Origin: Melioribacter roseus
GTDB taxonomy: Bacteria > Bacteroidota > Ignavibacteria > Ignavibacteriales > Melioribacteraceae
Direction of reading: 5' to 3'
Assembly (NCBI GenBank): GCA_020726285.1
Contig: DYSW01000003.1
Coordinates: 30,990 to 94,989 of the forward strand
DNA: 64,000 nucleotides
The notes below the pieces were generated by a model, which worked only from the letters and a program-made list of their open reading frames with translations, was not told the DNA's origin and made no database searches. The first letter of the stretch is position 1; the number at the start of each line of letters is the position of its first letter. Of the stretch, positions 38,523 to 48,587 are shown piece by piece. Position numbers and translations under genes: made by a program.

Positions 38523-38761
38523 TGATTTTAGATTTAATTGTTCATTTTGATTTAGATGGATTTACAAGCGAGATACCGTCGCTAAAAGGTGTTGAAAGTT
38601 GGGCAAAAACTGAAGATGAATCGATAGAAAATGTTTTAGAGCAATTACAATTTTATTTCAATATTACTGAAAAGAAAGAAATCAAAGTTGACCTTGCAAG
38701 AAAGGAATTTAAAAAGATTATCTACAAAATTGTATTGAAAAATGAGACATTCAATAACTGA
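38522..38761 (+). CDS. Small protein, HicB/UPF0150-like fold suspected
   Basis: 79 aa. DGFTSEIPSLKGVESWAKTEDESIENVLEQLQFY follows the G-(Y/F)-x3-(I/V)-P-x-L-x-G-x3-(G/A)-x-T-x-(E/D)-E-(A/S)-(L/I)-x-N pattern of HicB-type antitoxin N-domains. TAATG overlap with deoC and a 20-nt overlap with trmH. Confidence 0.45.
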   Translation: MILDLIVHFDLDGFTSEIPSLKGVESWAKTEDESIENVLEQLQFYFNITEKKEIKVDLARKEFKKIIYKIVLKNETFNN

Positions 38762-39332
38762 TAAACGAGTTGAGCGAATTAGAGAAATTGCAGCGAAAAG
38801 ACAGTTCGATTTACGTCTTGTGATGGAAAATATCCACGATCCACACAACGTTAGTGCAATTTACAGAACTTGCGATGCAATTGGAATTCCCAAAATAACA
38901 CAAATTTATACAGTCGAAAAATTTCCAAAATTGAAAAACTCATCTTCATCATCTGCAAGCAAATGGATTGAAACCGAAAAGTTTGATTCATACCAAGAAA
39001 TGGTAAATTCGCTGAAAAATGAAAGTTACGAAATAATTTCATCTTGTTTAGATGAAAAAGCCGAAAGTATTTTTGAAGTAGATTTTACAAAGAAAATTGC
39101 TATTGTTGTTGGAAATGAACATCGTGGAATTTCTGATGAAATGCGAGAATTGTCTGATAAATTAATCTACATTCCAATGTATGGAATGGTTCAAAGTCTA
39201 AATGTATCTGTTGCAACTGCAGTTATTTTATACGAAGTATTAAGGCAAAGATTAGTTTCCAAAATGTATGAAAATAATAAAATTGAAGAAGAAGAACTGG
39301 AAAAAATTGTATTGAAATGGAGAAAAAAATAG
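38742..39332 (+). CDS. trmH: SpoU/TrmH-family RNA 2'-O-methyltransferase (tRNA Gm18-type)
   Basis: 196 aa. DPHN.SAI.RTCDA.G, VVGNEHRGIS and IPMYGMVQSLNVSVA. Confidence 0.88.
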   Translation: MRHSITDKRVERIREIAAKRQFDLRLVMENIHDPHNVSAIYRTCDAIGIPKITQIYTVEKFPKLKNSSSSSASKWIETEKFDSYQEMVNSLKNESYEIISSCLDEKAESIFEVDFTKKIAIVVGNEHRGISDEMRELSDKLIYIPMYGMVQSLNVSVATAVILYEVLRQRLVSKMYENNKIEEEELEKIVLKWRKK

Positions 39333-39449
39333 CACGAAAAGTTAGTTATTATTGCGTTATTTTAAGATTTATCACAACCGAAATTAACTTAAATTACTAT
39401 ATTTAGTTGATAATTTTTAAGGTGTACAATTATTAAAAAACTGCTGATA

Positions 39450-40487
39450 TTGTTAGTGTTTTCGACATTTTTTGCTCAAAAAACAGCAAAAGTTGATTCC
39501 TTTTTTGTTGGAATGAAAATTAAAGATTTTTCAATCGATAAAAATTCATTTTGGCTTGCAAGTGAAGGAAACGGAATTATTGAATTTTCGCCAAGTGAAA
39601 ATACTTGGAAAACTTATTCATCAGAAAATGGCAAGTTATCAAACGATATCTTTTACGCAATTTCGCAAGCTGGCAAATACGTTTTTGTCGGTTCGATTGA
39701 TGGACTTTTTATCTTTGATAAACGAAAAAAAAGATGGAGCAAACGTAAATTTAGCATTGGTGGACAACTTGGAAATTACATTCGTTCGATAGAATACGAC
39801 GAAAAAAATAAAACTATGTGGATTGGTAGATTTCAATTTTTAACTCAATATAATATGAAAAAACGGCGTTTTGAAAATTATGATTTAACTCAAAACAACG
39901 ATAATAAATCAAATTCAGTTACAAAACTTAAAGTAATTGATGAAAATCTTTGGGTTGGAACAGAAAATGGACTGTTTTCAATTCCACTTGAACAAGATTA
40001 TTCTGAAAAATTACAATACAATTACTTTGGAAATTCACTAAACTATTTCCCAAATTCAGGAGAAAAAATATCTATTTCTGCGATTATGAAAGAAAAAGAT
40101 AACTATTGGTTTGGCTGTAATGAATTCAGAACAAAAGAAAATCCCGAATTTAACCTTGGTGGATTTTACAAATACGATGGAATGAATTCTTGGCTGAAAA
40201 TTGATAAAAATACTGGAATTAACGCAGATGGAATTTCAGATGCAATTGTTATTGGGAATTTTATTTTTGTTGCAGTTTACGAATTTGATAAAAATAAGAA
40301 ACAAATTTATGGAAGAGGTTTGAACTTGATAAATCGTTCAAACGGTAAAATAATCAAAATATCAAGTGATTATTTACCTGAACAAATTAATAAAATTCAT
40401 TATTTGGATGGAAATTTATGGCTTGCTTCCGATAATGGATTATTCAAGATGCAACTAGAAAACAAATTTTTCAATTGGGAAAATTGA
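39450..40487 (+). CDS. Secreted beta-propeller protein (two-component-regulator-propeller-type repeats); start codon uncertain
   Basis: Repeated (F/L/Y)W(L/V/I)(A/G)(S/T)..GL(F/I) blades: FWLASEGNGII, VFVGSIDGLFIF, MWIGRF, LWVGTENGLFSI, YWFGCN, LWLASDNGLFKM. The signal-peptide-like ..KKLLILLVFSTFFAQ needs a start upstream of the TTG at 39450, where only ATT/CTG codons are in frame. Confidence 0.6.
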   Translation: MLVFSTFFAQKTAKVDSFFVGMKIKDFSIDKNSFWLASEGNGIIEFSPSENTWKTYSSENGKLSNDIFYAISQAGKYVFVGSIDGLFIFDKRKKRWSKRKFSIGGQLGNYIRSIEYDEKNKTMWIGRFQFLTQYNMKKRRFENYDLTQNNDNKSNSVTKLKVIDENLWVGTENGLFSIPLEQDYSEKLQYNYFGNSLNYFPNSGEKISISAIMKEKDNYWFGCNEFRTKENPEFNLGGFYKYDGMNSWLKIDKNTGINADGISDAIVIGNFIFVAVYEFDKNKKQIYGRGLNLINRSNGKIIKISSDYLPEQINKIHYLDGNLWLASDNGLFKMQLENKFFNWEN

Positions 40488-40488
40488 G

Positions 40489-41481
40489 ATGATTACACGA
40501 AAAAGATTGAATGAAATAAGTAAACAAATTAAAGGAAAACGAATCGCAATAATTGGCGATATGATGATAGATGCATATTTTCAAGGTGTTGTTAACCGAA
40601 TTTCGCCTGAAGCACCAGTTCCAGTTGTTGATATTGACAATGAATTTTATAGATTTGGAGGTGCGGCAAATGTTGCAAATAATATTGTTCACTTAGGAGG
40701 AATTCCAATTCCAATTGGAATTATTGGAAACGATAGTTATGGTAAAATATTCAAAAAATTACTTGATGAACAAAATATTTCTTCAGAAGGAATTATTATT
40801 GATTCTGAACGACCAACTACGACAAAAGTAAGAGTAATTGCCGAAAGTCAGCATCTTGTTAGAATAGATAAAGAAATCAAAACAGATATTTCAACTAAAA
40901 TCGAGCAAAAACTTCTCAATTATTTCATTAAAAATATTAAAAATGTAGACGCAGTAATTCTTCAGGATTATAACAAGGGAATTCTTACAAAGAGAATTAT
41001 TTCTGAAATTGTTGAAATTTCTAATAAACATAACAAAATTATTACTGTCGATCCGAAGTTTACAAATTTCTTTGAATATAAAAATGTTACACTTTTCAAA
41101 CCAAATAAATCTGAAATTGAAAATGCTTTTGCAATTAAGTTTGAAAATGAACAAATGTTGATTGAATACGGGCAAAAATTGCTTGAAAAAAATAATGCAA
41201 AATCAGTTTTAATTACTCTGAGTGAAAAAGGAATTATGTTGTTCGAAAAAGGCAAAAATGAAATTACGCGAATTCCAACAAAAGCAAGAAAAGTTGCAGA
41301 TGTTTCTGGGGCGGGCGATACTGTAATTTCAACACTGACTTTGGCATTAACTGCTGGAGCAAGTTTAGAAGAAGCCTCATTTTTAGCAAATTACGCCGCT
41401 GGAATTGTCTGCGAAGAAGTTGGAATAATTCCAATTGACCACGAAAAGTTATTCGAAGAAGTTAAATTGAGTGAAAAATGA
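40489..41481 (+). CDS. hldA: D-glycero-beta-D-manno-heptose-7-phosphate kinase (RfaE domain I, PfkB family)
   Basis: 330 aa. IGD.M.D.Y..G...RISPEAPVPV start typical of RfaE-I, and a PfkB C-terminal DVSGAGDT. Confidence 0.85.
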   Translation: MITRKRLNEISKQIKGKRIAIIGDMMIDAYFQGVVNRISPEAPVPVVDIDNEFYRFGGAANVANNIVHLGGIPIPIGIIGNDSYGKIFKKLLDEQNISSEGIIIDSERPTTTKVRVIAESQHLVRIDKEIKTDISTKIEQKLLNYFIKNIKNVDAVILQDYNKGILTKRIISEIVEISNKHNKIITVDPKFTNFFEYKNVTLFKPNKSEIENAFAIKFENEQMLIEYGQKLLEKNNAKSVLITLSEKGIMLFEKGKNEITRIPTKARKVADVSGAGDTVISTLTLALTAGASLEEASFLANYAAGIVCEEVGIIPIDHEKLFEEVKLSEK

Positions 41482-41963
41482 GTAAAATTATATTAAATCA
41501 CAACCAATTACAAAATGAAATCCTTATTATTAAAAATAATGGAAGAAAAGTGGTTTTTACAAATGGCTGTTTTGATATTCTTCATGCGGGACATGTAGAT
41601 TATCTGAACAAAGCGAAATCTTCAGGCGATATTTTAGTTGTAGCTTTGAACAGCGATGCTTCAATTTCGCGAATTAAAGGAGACAAACGCCCAATTGTGC
41701 CTTTTGAGCAACGAGCATTTGTAATTTCGAATTTACAATGTGTGGATTTTGTAACAATTTTCGAAGAAGATACGCCAGCTGAAGTTATTGAAAAAATCCT
41801 ACCAAATGTGCTTGTAAAAGGAGCAGATTGGGACGAAACAAAAATTGTTGGAAGAGATACAGTTTTGAAAAATGGTGGAGAAATCAAGCGAATTGAATTT
41901 GAATTCAAACAATCTACTTCAAATATTATTTCATTTATTCTTGAAAAATATGGACAAAATTGA
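41478..41963 (+). CDS. hldC: D-glycero-beta-D-manno-heptose-1-phosphate adenylyltransferase (RfaE domain II)
   Basis: 161 aa. Cytidylyltransferase HxGH block FTNGCFDILHAGH, then VVALNSD.S. ATGA overlap with hldA. Confidence 0.88.
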   Translation: MSKIILNHNQLQNEILIIKNNGRKVVFTNGCFDILHAGHVDYLNKAKSSGDILVVALNSDASISRIKGDKRPIVPFEQRAFVISNLQCVDFVTIFEEDTPAEVIEKILPNVLVKGADWDETKIVGRDTVLKNGGEIKRIEFEFKQSTSNIISFILEKYGQN

Positions 41964-44900
41964 GCGAAAATACTGAAATAAAGTTGGCAAAAAATGAAAA
42001 AAAGAAGTTCCATCGCACATTATTTCAAAAAATTGTGAACTTTTTTCTCTCGATAATTTTATTTATTCTTGTTTTGGTTTTACTTCTAATTGGTTTTACT
42101 CAAACTTCATATTTCAGAAATATCGTAAAGAATCAAATAATTACAAATGTAAACAGCCAAATTCAAGGTAGAATTTACATAGAATCAATTTCCGGTTCAT
42201 TTTTTACAACTTTAGAAATCAATAAATTTGGTCTAATTGCAAAATCTGATACAGTATTTAAAGCTGAAAAATTCAATCTTCGGCTAGATATTTGGGCAAT
42301 TATTCAGAAAAAGATAAAATTGAAAGAAATTAATCTTCTAAATCCCGAAATTCTTTTAGTTGAAGATGAAAAAGAAGATTTAACAATTGAGAAGGCAATT
42401 TATAAACCAGATTCAACTATTGTCGATTCTTCGAAAATTGTTGTAAAAAATGAAGAAAAAACGCCATTTCCATTTCAAATTGAAATTAGTGAACTGAGAA
42501 TTACAAACGGTAAATTCTCTTTTAAAGATTTTGCACATTCAAAAGTTGATTCTACATACAATTATCTGAACACAAAAGATTTTTCAATTTCAGAATGGAA
42601 TTTGTCTTTTGCATTGAATGCTGACATAAATAAAAACATTTATTCTTTGAACTTACGAGAACTCGAATTTTCTACAAACTTAAAAAGATTTCAACTAAAC
42701 GATTTTAATGGAAAAATCAATATATCGCCGGAAAAGATAATGATAAGCAATTTGAATTTAATTTCAGACAATTCAGATTTGTTACTTAACGCCGAAATTA
42801 GTAAGCTAAACCTTTTTGATAAAATAGTTTACGAAAATTTTGGAGATTATCCAGTTAAATTATCTTTGCAAGCAAATCCATTTCATTTTGATGATTTAAC
42901 AAGTTTCTTGCCCGAAATTGATTTTCTAAAAGGTCCGATTTATGGCGAAATTGAAGCAAGTGGAAAATATGGTGATTTGAAAATTGAGAAATTAGATTTA
43001 GCAATTGATAGAACTGAACTTTTTGTGAAAGGTGAAATTAAAAATCTCGAAAATCCTAAAAAATTGTGGATTGATGCACAATTCCGCAATAGTAGAATTA
43101 ATTATGATGAAGTTGAATACTTGTTAAGTGGTTTGGAATTGCCAAATTATTCGAATGTTGAATTGGAAAATCTATCTGCAGCGTACCAAGGCGAGACTGA
43201 TGTTTTTATTGCAGATTTGAAAGGAAATTTTGAGAAAGGTGAATTTTCGGCTAAAACTAAGTTCGATTTTAGAAAAAAAGATATGAAATATGATATTTCT
43301 TTAGTTACAAAAAATCTTGATTTGAAGAAAATTATTGAAGAAAGTACAAGTTTGAACTTAAATGCAAAATTAAATGGAATTGGAATAAATCCAGCAAAAA
43401 TGACAAATTCAGCCGAAATAATAATTAAAAATTCAAATTACGGACAAAATTTTGTAAATGAATTAAGTCTTATTCAAAGTGCAAAACAAGGACAAATTGC
43501 TGTTGAGTTGCTTTCACAAATTGAAGAAACTTTAATCGGTTTTGACGCAAATATTGATATTTCTAAAAAAAATCCCGTTCTAAGTGCATATTCATCATTT
43601 AATAAATTAAACTTAGGAAAACTACTCGCAGATGAAACATTAAATTCAGATTTGAATTTCAACTTAAATTTCAATATTAAATTGGATTCTACACAAACTG
43701 TAACAAATTCATACTTTCAAAATATGAATGGTGAATTGGAAATGACTTTCGATTCATCAAAATTCAAAAATAGTTACGCACTTTCTGATAAAAAAATTGA
43801 TTTGACAATGTGGACTGACGAATTGGGTCAAAATTTAGATTTGCAATCTGAAATATTAGATGCAAAAATAAGTGGCAAATTCACTTTTTCAGGAATTGCA
43901 AAAATCATAACATCACAGATTGATAGAATTTCAAATACAATAAAAGCTGAATTAAGCGATGATTTAATTGAAAAGGAATTTGAAAAAACAGAAATCGTAA
44001 AAGATTTGAGTAACGTGAATTTCAACTTCGTGTTCAAAGATGCCGAAATTCTTGCACATCTTTTTGATTTTCAGAATTTTAGTGCGAATGGATATTTTCA
44101 CGGCGAAATAATAAACGATTCCACCGATTTCAAGATTTATGCAAATTCATATTTCTCGAATTTTTTATTTAATAATAGTGATGATTTGTACTATTTTGAT
44201 AATTTATCGCTTACGATGAATGTTAAAAATTCTAATTTAAGAGACGAACTCTCTGAAATTGAATTTGATTTGCTCAATTCTGCCGATAGATTTTTTGTTG
44301 GCGAAAATATAACAAATAGTATTATTGATATTGATTTCTTTAATGAAAAATTGCTATTTAACACAACTGCAATTATTGATTCAAATCTTAATGTTGATTT
44401 AGGTGGAGATTTTGTTTTCAAAGAATCATCTCAACAACTTGCAATAACGCATTTGGAAGCATCTCAGGGAAAAGCTAAAATAAGAAATCTCGAACCATTT
44501 TTCGTAACTCTTTCAGATAGCGGTTACACATTACAAAATGTTAATTTGGAATTAGATTCCGCACAAATAAAACTTGATGGAATTTATTCTCATTCTGGTT
44601 TTGTAAATTTTAATCTTGCCACAAACAATTTAGATTTGTTCTCACTATTTAGCATAATTGAAACCGAAGAAACACCAAAAATTGCTGGGAAAATTGATTT
44701 ATTGACCAAAATTAGTGGAAAAACTGAGAATCCGAAAATTGATGTAAATTTTCTATGTAAAGATTTTGGTTTTGATAACGTAAATTTTGGAGATATAAGT
44801 TTTACAAATCATTTGGAAAATTTTAAAACAAACTTTGATTTGAAACTAAGCAAAATAGAAAATGATGTAGAAAATATTATACTTTCGTCTAAAGGGTATA

Positions 44901-46477
44901 TTCCACTACCAATTTCGGAATTATCCGAAAAGTTTGTGCTGAAATCTGACGAAATGGATGTGAAAATTGAAACAAGTGGTTTCAATATCAAAGCATTAGG
45001 AAATATAATTCCAGCAATTGAAGAGCAAAATGGTTTGTTAGCTTCAGAAATTGGAATTTCTGGAACAATTTTTAATCCAATCTTAAATGGTTTTGCAAAT
45101 CTTGAAAATTCAAAATTTACGATAAAAACAACAGGTTTAAATTACAATCTGTCATCAAGTATTAATTTAGAAAATAATCTAATTACTATAAAGCAGATGC
45201 AATTAAGCAATACAGATAGAAAACTGAATGATAAAAAATTAAGTGTAATTGGAAGTATTAAGTTGGATTCCTACGAACTTTCTGATTTAAATATTGATAT
45301 TTATGGAACGCTTGCTTTGTTGAATGAAGAATCTAAGAAAGTGAGTCCGAATTATTATGGCGATTTAGTTATTGCAACAGACGGTAGAATGAAAGTTGAA
45401 TATCAAAATCAAAGAGTTGTATTAAAAGGAGGAATTGTAGTAAAAGACGCAAACTTAACAATTGTTTCGGCAAGTAGTAATGAAAATGTGAGTGAATCTG
45501 ATATAATATACGAATACAAGCAAGAAATTAAAGATTCAATAAAGACAGATGAAATTTTACTTGATGAAATTTTATTAGAAAAAATTAAAAATGCATCAAA
45601 GCCAAAAACGGATGAAAATGTTTTCCTTAATTATGATCTTGATTTAATAATTGAAAATAGAGCATTATTAAATTTTGTCCTTTCAAAAGCGGCAAATCAA
45701 AAGTTATCAGTAATTACAAATGGTTCACTTAAATTAAAAAATATTGACGGAATATCGTCAGTTCAAGGTGTTTTTAATTTGTTGCAGGGTTCTCAACTGG
45801 AATTTTTACGTACTTTTGATGCAACCGGTTTTATAAGATTTGAGCGTGAACTTGATAATCCGTATCTTGAAATTATTGCAGTTTATCAGGGAACTTATAT
45901 TCAAGAGACTTCAGATAACGAAACTGAAGAAATGGTTGCTGTAAAAATTAAATTAGCTGGATTATTAAGCGACCTTGGTAAATCTATAACAGAAGATAAA
46001 AAAAGTATTTCAGTTTATGTTGGGAAAAAGAATATCGATTCAAATATCCCAGATCCAAAATTGGAAGCATCAGATGCGTTTTCTTTTATTCTTTTTAATA
46101 AATTCAATTCAAACTTAACGTCTAATGAACAATTTCAGCTTTCAAGCGAATTATCAAATGCAGCAACAGCAATGTTGGGAACAGTTATGGCTGGATTTAT
46201 TAACTCGCAAGTTGGAGATGTTGTAAAAGATATTCAACTGAAACAAACAACAACCACAACAAGATTAACTGTAAAAGGTAGAGTTGGACAGTTTTTCTAT
46301 TCACTTGGTGGTGATTTAAATGCTATGCAAGATATTTCCCAAGCAAATTGGAAAGCAGAATATTTTTTTAGCAAAAACTTATCTTTCAGAATCGAAAGAA
46401 GAGAACCAATTACAGGCTATTTCAGTGGCGTCAAGATGACAGACGAAATGGCAATAAAATATAGGGTATCATTTTAA
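41960..46477 (+). CDS. tamB: TamB / AsmA-like translocation and assembly module protein
   Basis: 1505 aa. A single N-terminal TM anchor (FFLSIILFILVLVLLLIGF), a very long repetitive beta-rich body, and a C-terminal DUF490-type ending. TTG start overlaps the hldC stop. Confidence 0.75.
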   Translation: MSENTEIKLAKNEKKKFHRTLFQKIVNFFLSIILFILVLVLLLIGFTQTSYFRNIVKNQIITNVNSQIQGRIYIESISGSFFTTLEINKFGLIAKSDTVFKAEKFNLRLDIWAIIQKKIKLKEINLLNPEILLVEDEKEDLTIEKAIYKPDSTIVDSSKIVVKNEEKTPFPFQIEISELRITNGKFSFKDFAHSKVDSTYNYLNTKDFSISEWNLSFALNADINKNIYSLNLRELEFSTNLKRFQLNDFNGKINISPEKIMISNLNLISDNSDLLLNAEISKLNLFDKIVYENFGDYPVKLSLQANPFHFDDLTSFLPEIDFLKGPIYGEIEASGKYGDLKIEKLDLAIDRTELFVKGEIKNLENPKKLWIDAQFRNSRINYDEVEYLLSGLELPNYSNVELENLSAAYQGETDVFIADLKGNFEKGEFSAKTKFDFRKKDMKYDISLVTKNLDLKKIIEESTSLNLNAKLNGIGINPAKMTNSAEIIIKNSNYGQNFVNELSLIQSAKQGQIAVELLSQIEETLIGFDANIDISKKNPVLSAYSSFNKLNLGKLLADETLNSDLNFNLNFNIKLDSTQTVTNSYFQNMNGELEMTFDSSKFKNSYALSDKKIDLTMWTDELGQNLDLQSEILDAKISGKFTFSGIAKIITSQIDRISNTIKAELSDDLIEKEFEKTEIVKDLSNVNFNFVFKDAEILAHLFDFQNFSANGYFHGEIINDSTDFKIYANSYFSNFLFNNSDDLYYFDNLSLTMNVKNSNLRDELSEIEFDLLNSADRFFVGENITNSIIDIDFFNEKLLFNTTAIIDSNLNVDLGGDFVFKESSQQLAITHLEASQGKAKIRNLEPFFVTLSDSGYTLQNVNLELDSAQIKLDGIYSHSGFVNFNLATNNLDLFSLFSIIETEETPKIAGKIDLLTKISGKTENPKIDVNFLCKDFGFDNVNFGDISFTNHLENFKTNFDLKLSKIENDVENIILSSKGYIPLPISELSEKFVLKSDEMDVKIETSGFNIKALGNIIPAIEEQNGLLASEIGISGTIFNPILNGFANLENSKFTIKTTGLNYNLSSSINLENNLITIKQMQLSNTDRKLNDKKLSVIGSIKLDSYELSDLNIDIYGTLALLNEESKKVSPNYYGDLVIATDGRMKVEYQNQRVVLKGGIVVKDANLTIVSASSNENVSESDIIYEYKQEIKDSIKTDEILLDEILLEKIKNASKPKTDENVFLNYDLDLIIENRALLNFVLSKAANQKLSVITNGSLKLKNIDGISSVQGVFNLLQGSQLEFLRTFDATGFIRFERELDNPYLEIIAVYQGTYIQETSDNETEEMVAVKIKLAGLLSDLGKSITEDKKSISVYVGKKNIDSNIPDPKLEASDAFSFILFNKFNSNLTSNEQFQLSSELSNAATAMLGTVMAGFINSQVGDVVKDIQLKQTTTTTRLTVKGRVGQFFYSLGGDLNAMQDISQANWKAEYFFSKNLSFRIERREPITGYFSGVKMTDEMAIKYRVSF

Positions 46478-48567
46478 TGAAAAATAAAATAATAGCATTT
46501 TTTAAGAAAAATCCATTTAAACAGTTCAAATCTAAAGCAATTAAGAAGGAATTTGATTTGAATGATTTTGAATATGAACAATTAAAACACATACTAAATC
46601 AGTTAGTTAAAGAATCAATAATTCAAAAAACTGGGACAAAATATCGATTAATTGTAAATTATAAAGGAAAAAATCAAGGTCTTTTTGAATACATAAATCA
46701 AGGCAAAGGTTTTGGTTTTGTTGTGCTAAAAGATTCTGAAATGAAAGATATTTTCATTCCATTTCACGCAATGGGAACCGCTTTCCACGGTGATTTGGTA
46801 GAAGTTGAACTTTCTGCAATTCAGAAAGGAAAAACAACGGAAGGGAAAGTTGTTAGAGTTTTAGAACGAAACAGAAAAGAAATAGTTGGTACTTTTAAGA
46901 AATCAAAGTCATTTTGCTACGTACAACCAGATGATAAAAAAATTCCGAGAAATATTCTTGTTCCTGAAAAATCTTGTACTCAAGTTGCCGAAAATGACAA
47001 AGTTGTAGTTGGAAATATCATTTGGGACGACGCAGAAATGAATCCAGAAGGCGAAATAATTGAGGTTATTGGAAATGTAAATAATTATGAACTCGAAATT
47101 TTGTCAATAGCTCGCGAAAATAACTTCCCGACAATTTTTAGTAAGGAAGTTGAAGCAGAATTAGAAGAAATTTCTGAAATAATTACAGAATCAGAAATAA
47201 AAAATCGAGTTGATTTTCGTGATGAAATTGTTTTTACAATCGACCCAGAAGATGCTAAAGATTTTGATGACGCACTTTCAATCAAGCAATTGGAAAATGG
47301 TAATTTTCAAGTCGGAATTCACATTGCGGATGTAAGTCATTTTGTTAAAAAGGGAACAGAACTCTTTGAAGAAGCATTGGAAAGAGCAACTTCTGTTTAT
47401 TTCGTTGGTAAAGTTTTACCAATGTTGCCCGAAAAAATATCAAATAAAATATGTTCACTTGTTCCAGATGAAGATAGATTAACTTTTTCGGTAATCACAG
47501 AAATTACGCCACGAGGAAAAGTTGAAAAATATGAAATTGCAAAAACAGTAATAAATAGTAAAAAACGCTTCACATACGAAGAAGCTAACGAGATTTTGGT
47601 TAAAAAAGAAGGAAAATTCTTCGAAGAATTATCAATCTTGAATAAAATCGCAAATATTTTACGCAAAAAACGATTTGCAAGCGGAAGTATTAATTTCCAT
47701 TCAAATGAAGTAAAGTTTAAATTAGATGAAAATTTTCGGCCAATAAGCATAGTAAAAGGAATTCAAATTGAAACAAATATGTTAATTGAAGAATTTATGT
47801 TGCTTGCCAATAAAATTGTAGCAACATATTTTAAAGAACTTAATTTAAAAGAGCATTTTATTTATAGAGTTCACGATTTGCCTGACCGTGAAAAACTATT
47901 CGAATTCGCAAAATTTGTTAAATCGCTTGGTTTTTCGTTCGATCCAAATTCTTCAAACAAGCCGAAACAGTTTCAGCAATTGCTTGAGCAAGCCTCAGGC
48001 ACAACTGAAGAAATTCTAATAAATGATGTTGCAATTCGTTCGATGGCAAAAGCTGAATATTCTGTTAAAAATATTGGACATTATGGTTTGGCTTTCAAAA
48101 ATTATGCACATTTTACATCACCAATTCGAAGATTTCCAGATTTGGTCGTACATCAAATATTATTTGATAAATTGAACAATCGCAAACCGCTTTTTTCAAA
48201 TAAAGAAATTGAACAAATAGCTGAACATTCGTCTAAACAAGAGAGAAATGCAGTTAATGCAGAACGAACTTCTGTAAAAATAAAACAAACAGAGTTTATG
48301 AAGCAACATATTGGCGAAGTGTTTGTCGGAATTATTTCTGGAATAACAAGTTGGGGAATGTTTATTGAATTAACTGAAACCTTAACAGAAGGATTAATTC
48401 GTTTGCGTGATATTGATGGCGATTATTTTGTTTATGATGAATCAAAATTTAGTTTAGTTGGTACAAGAACCGGAAAAAAATACAGGTTGGGTGATAAAGT
48501 AAAAGTTAAAGTTAATCGAGTAGATGAAAAAAGACGTGAAATCGATTTTCTACTTTCGGATGAATAA
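46477..48567 (+). CDS. rnr: Ribonuclease R
   Basis: 696 aa. Cold-shock-like N-terminal modules (GFGFV), RNB catalytic domain (DPEDAKDFDDA, ...HYGLA...YAHFTSPIRR(F/Y)PD) and a C-terminal S1 domain. TAATG overlap with tamB. Confidence 0.93.
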   Translation: MKNKIIAFFKKNPFKQFKSKAIKKEFDLNDFEYEQLKHILNQLVKESIIQKTGTKYRLIVNYKGKNQGLFEYINQGKGFGFVVLKDSEMKDIFIPFHAMGTAFHGDLVEVELSAIQKGKTTEGKVVRVLERNRKEIVGTFKKSKSFCYVQPDDKKIPRNILVPEKSCTQVAENDKVVVGNIIWDDAEMNPEGEIIEVIGNVNNYELEILSIARENNFPTIFSKEVEAELEEISEIITESEIKNRVDFRDEIVFTIDPEDAKDFDDALSIKQLENGNFQVGIHIADVSHFVKKGTELFEEALERATSVYFVGKVLPMLPEKISNKICSLVPDEDRLTFSVITEITPRGKVEKYEIAKTVINSKKRFTYEEANEILVKKEGKFFEELSILNKIANILRKKRFASGSINFHSNEVKFKLDENFRPISIVKGIQIETNMLIEEFMLLANKIVATYFKELNLKEHFIYRVHDLPDREKLFEFAKFVKSLGFSFDPNSSNKPKQFQQLLEQASGTTEEILINDVAIRSMAKAEYSVKNIGHYGLAFKNYAHFTSPIRRFPDLVVHQILFDKLNNRKPLFSNKEIEQIAEHSSKQERNAVNAERTSVKIKQTEFMKQHIGEVFVGIISGITSWGMFIELTETLTEGLIRLRDIDGDYFVYDESKFSLVGTRTGKKYRLGDKVKVKVNRVDEKRREIDFLLSDE

Positions 48568-48587
48568 TCTTTTTTGTATTATTTTTT

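Noticed and set aside
41600-42013. 137-aa ORF antisense to hldC/tamB. Similar long antisense ORFs occur at 24994..25365, 47397..47750, 53400..53741, 53769..54134, 57245..57607 and 40891..41255.
   Set aside because: Each lies entirely opposite a gene with unmistakable family motifs. Their translations are low-complexity (F/S/I/L/K-rich) with no recognisable motif, no SD and no promoter box. They are best explained as shadow frames of the real genes. The 53400..53741 ORF happens to share a frame with the phosphoesterase relic but contains none of the expected GDxH/GNHD motifs.
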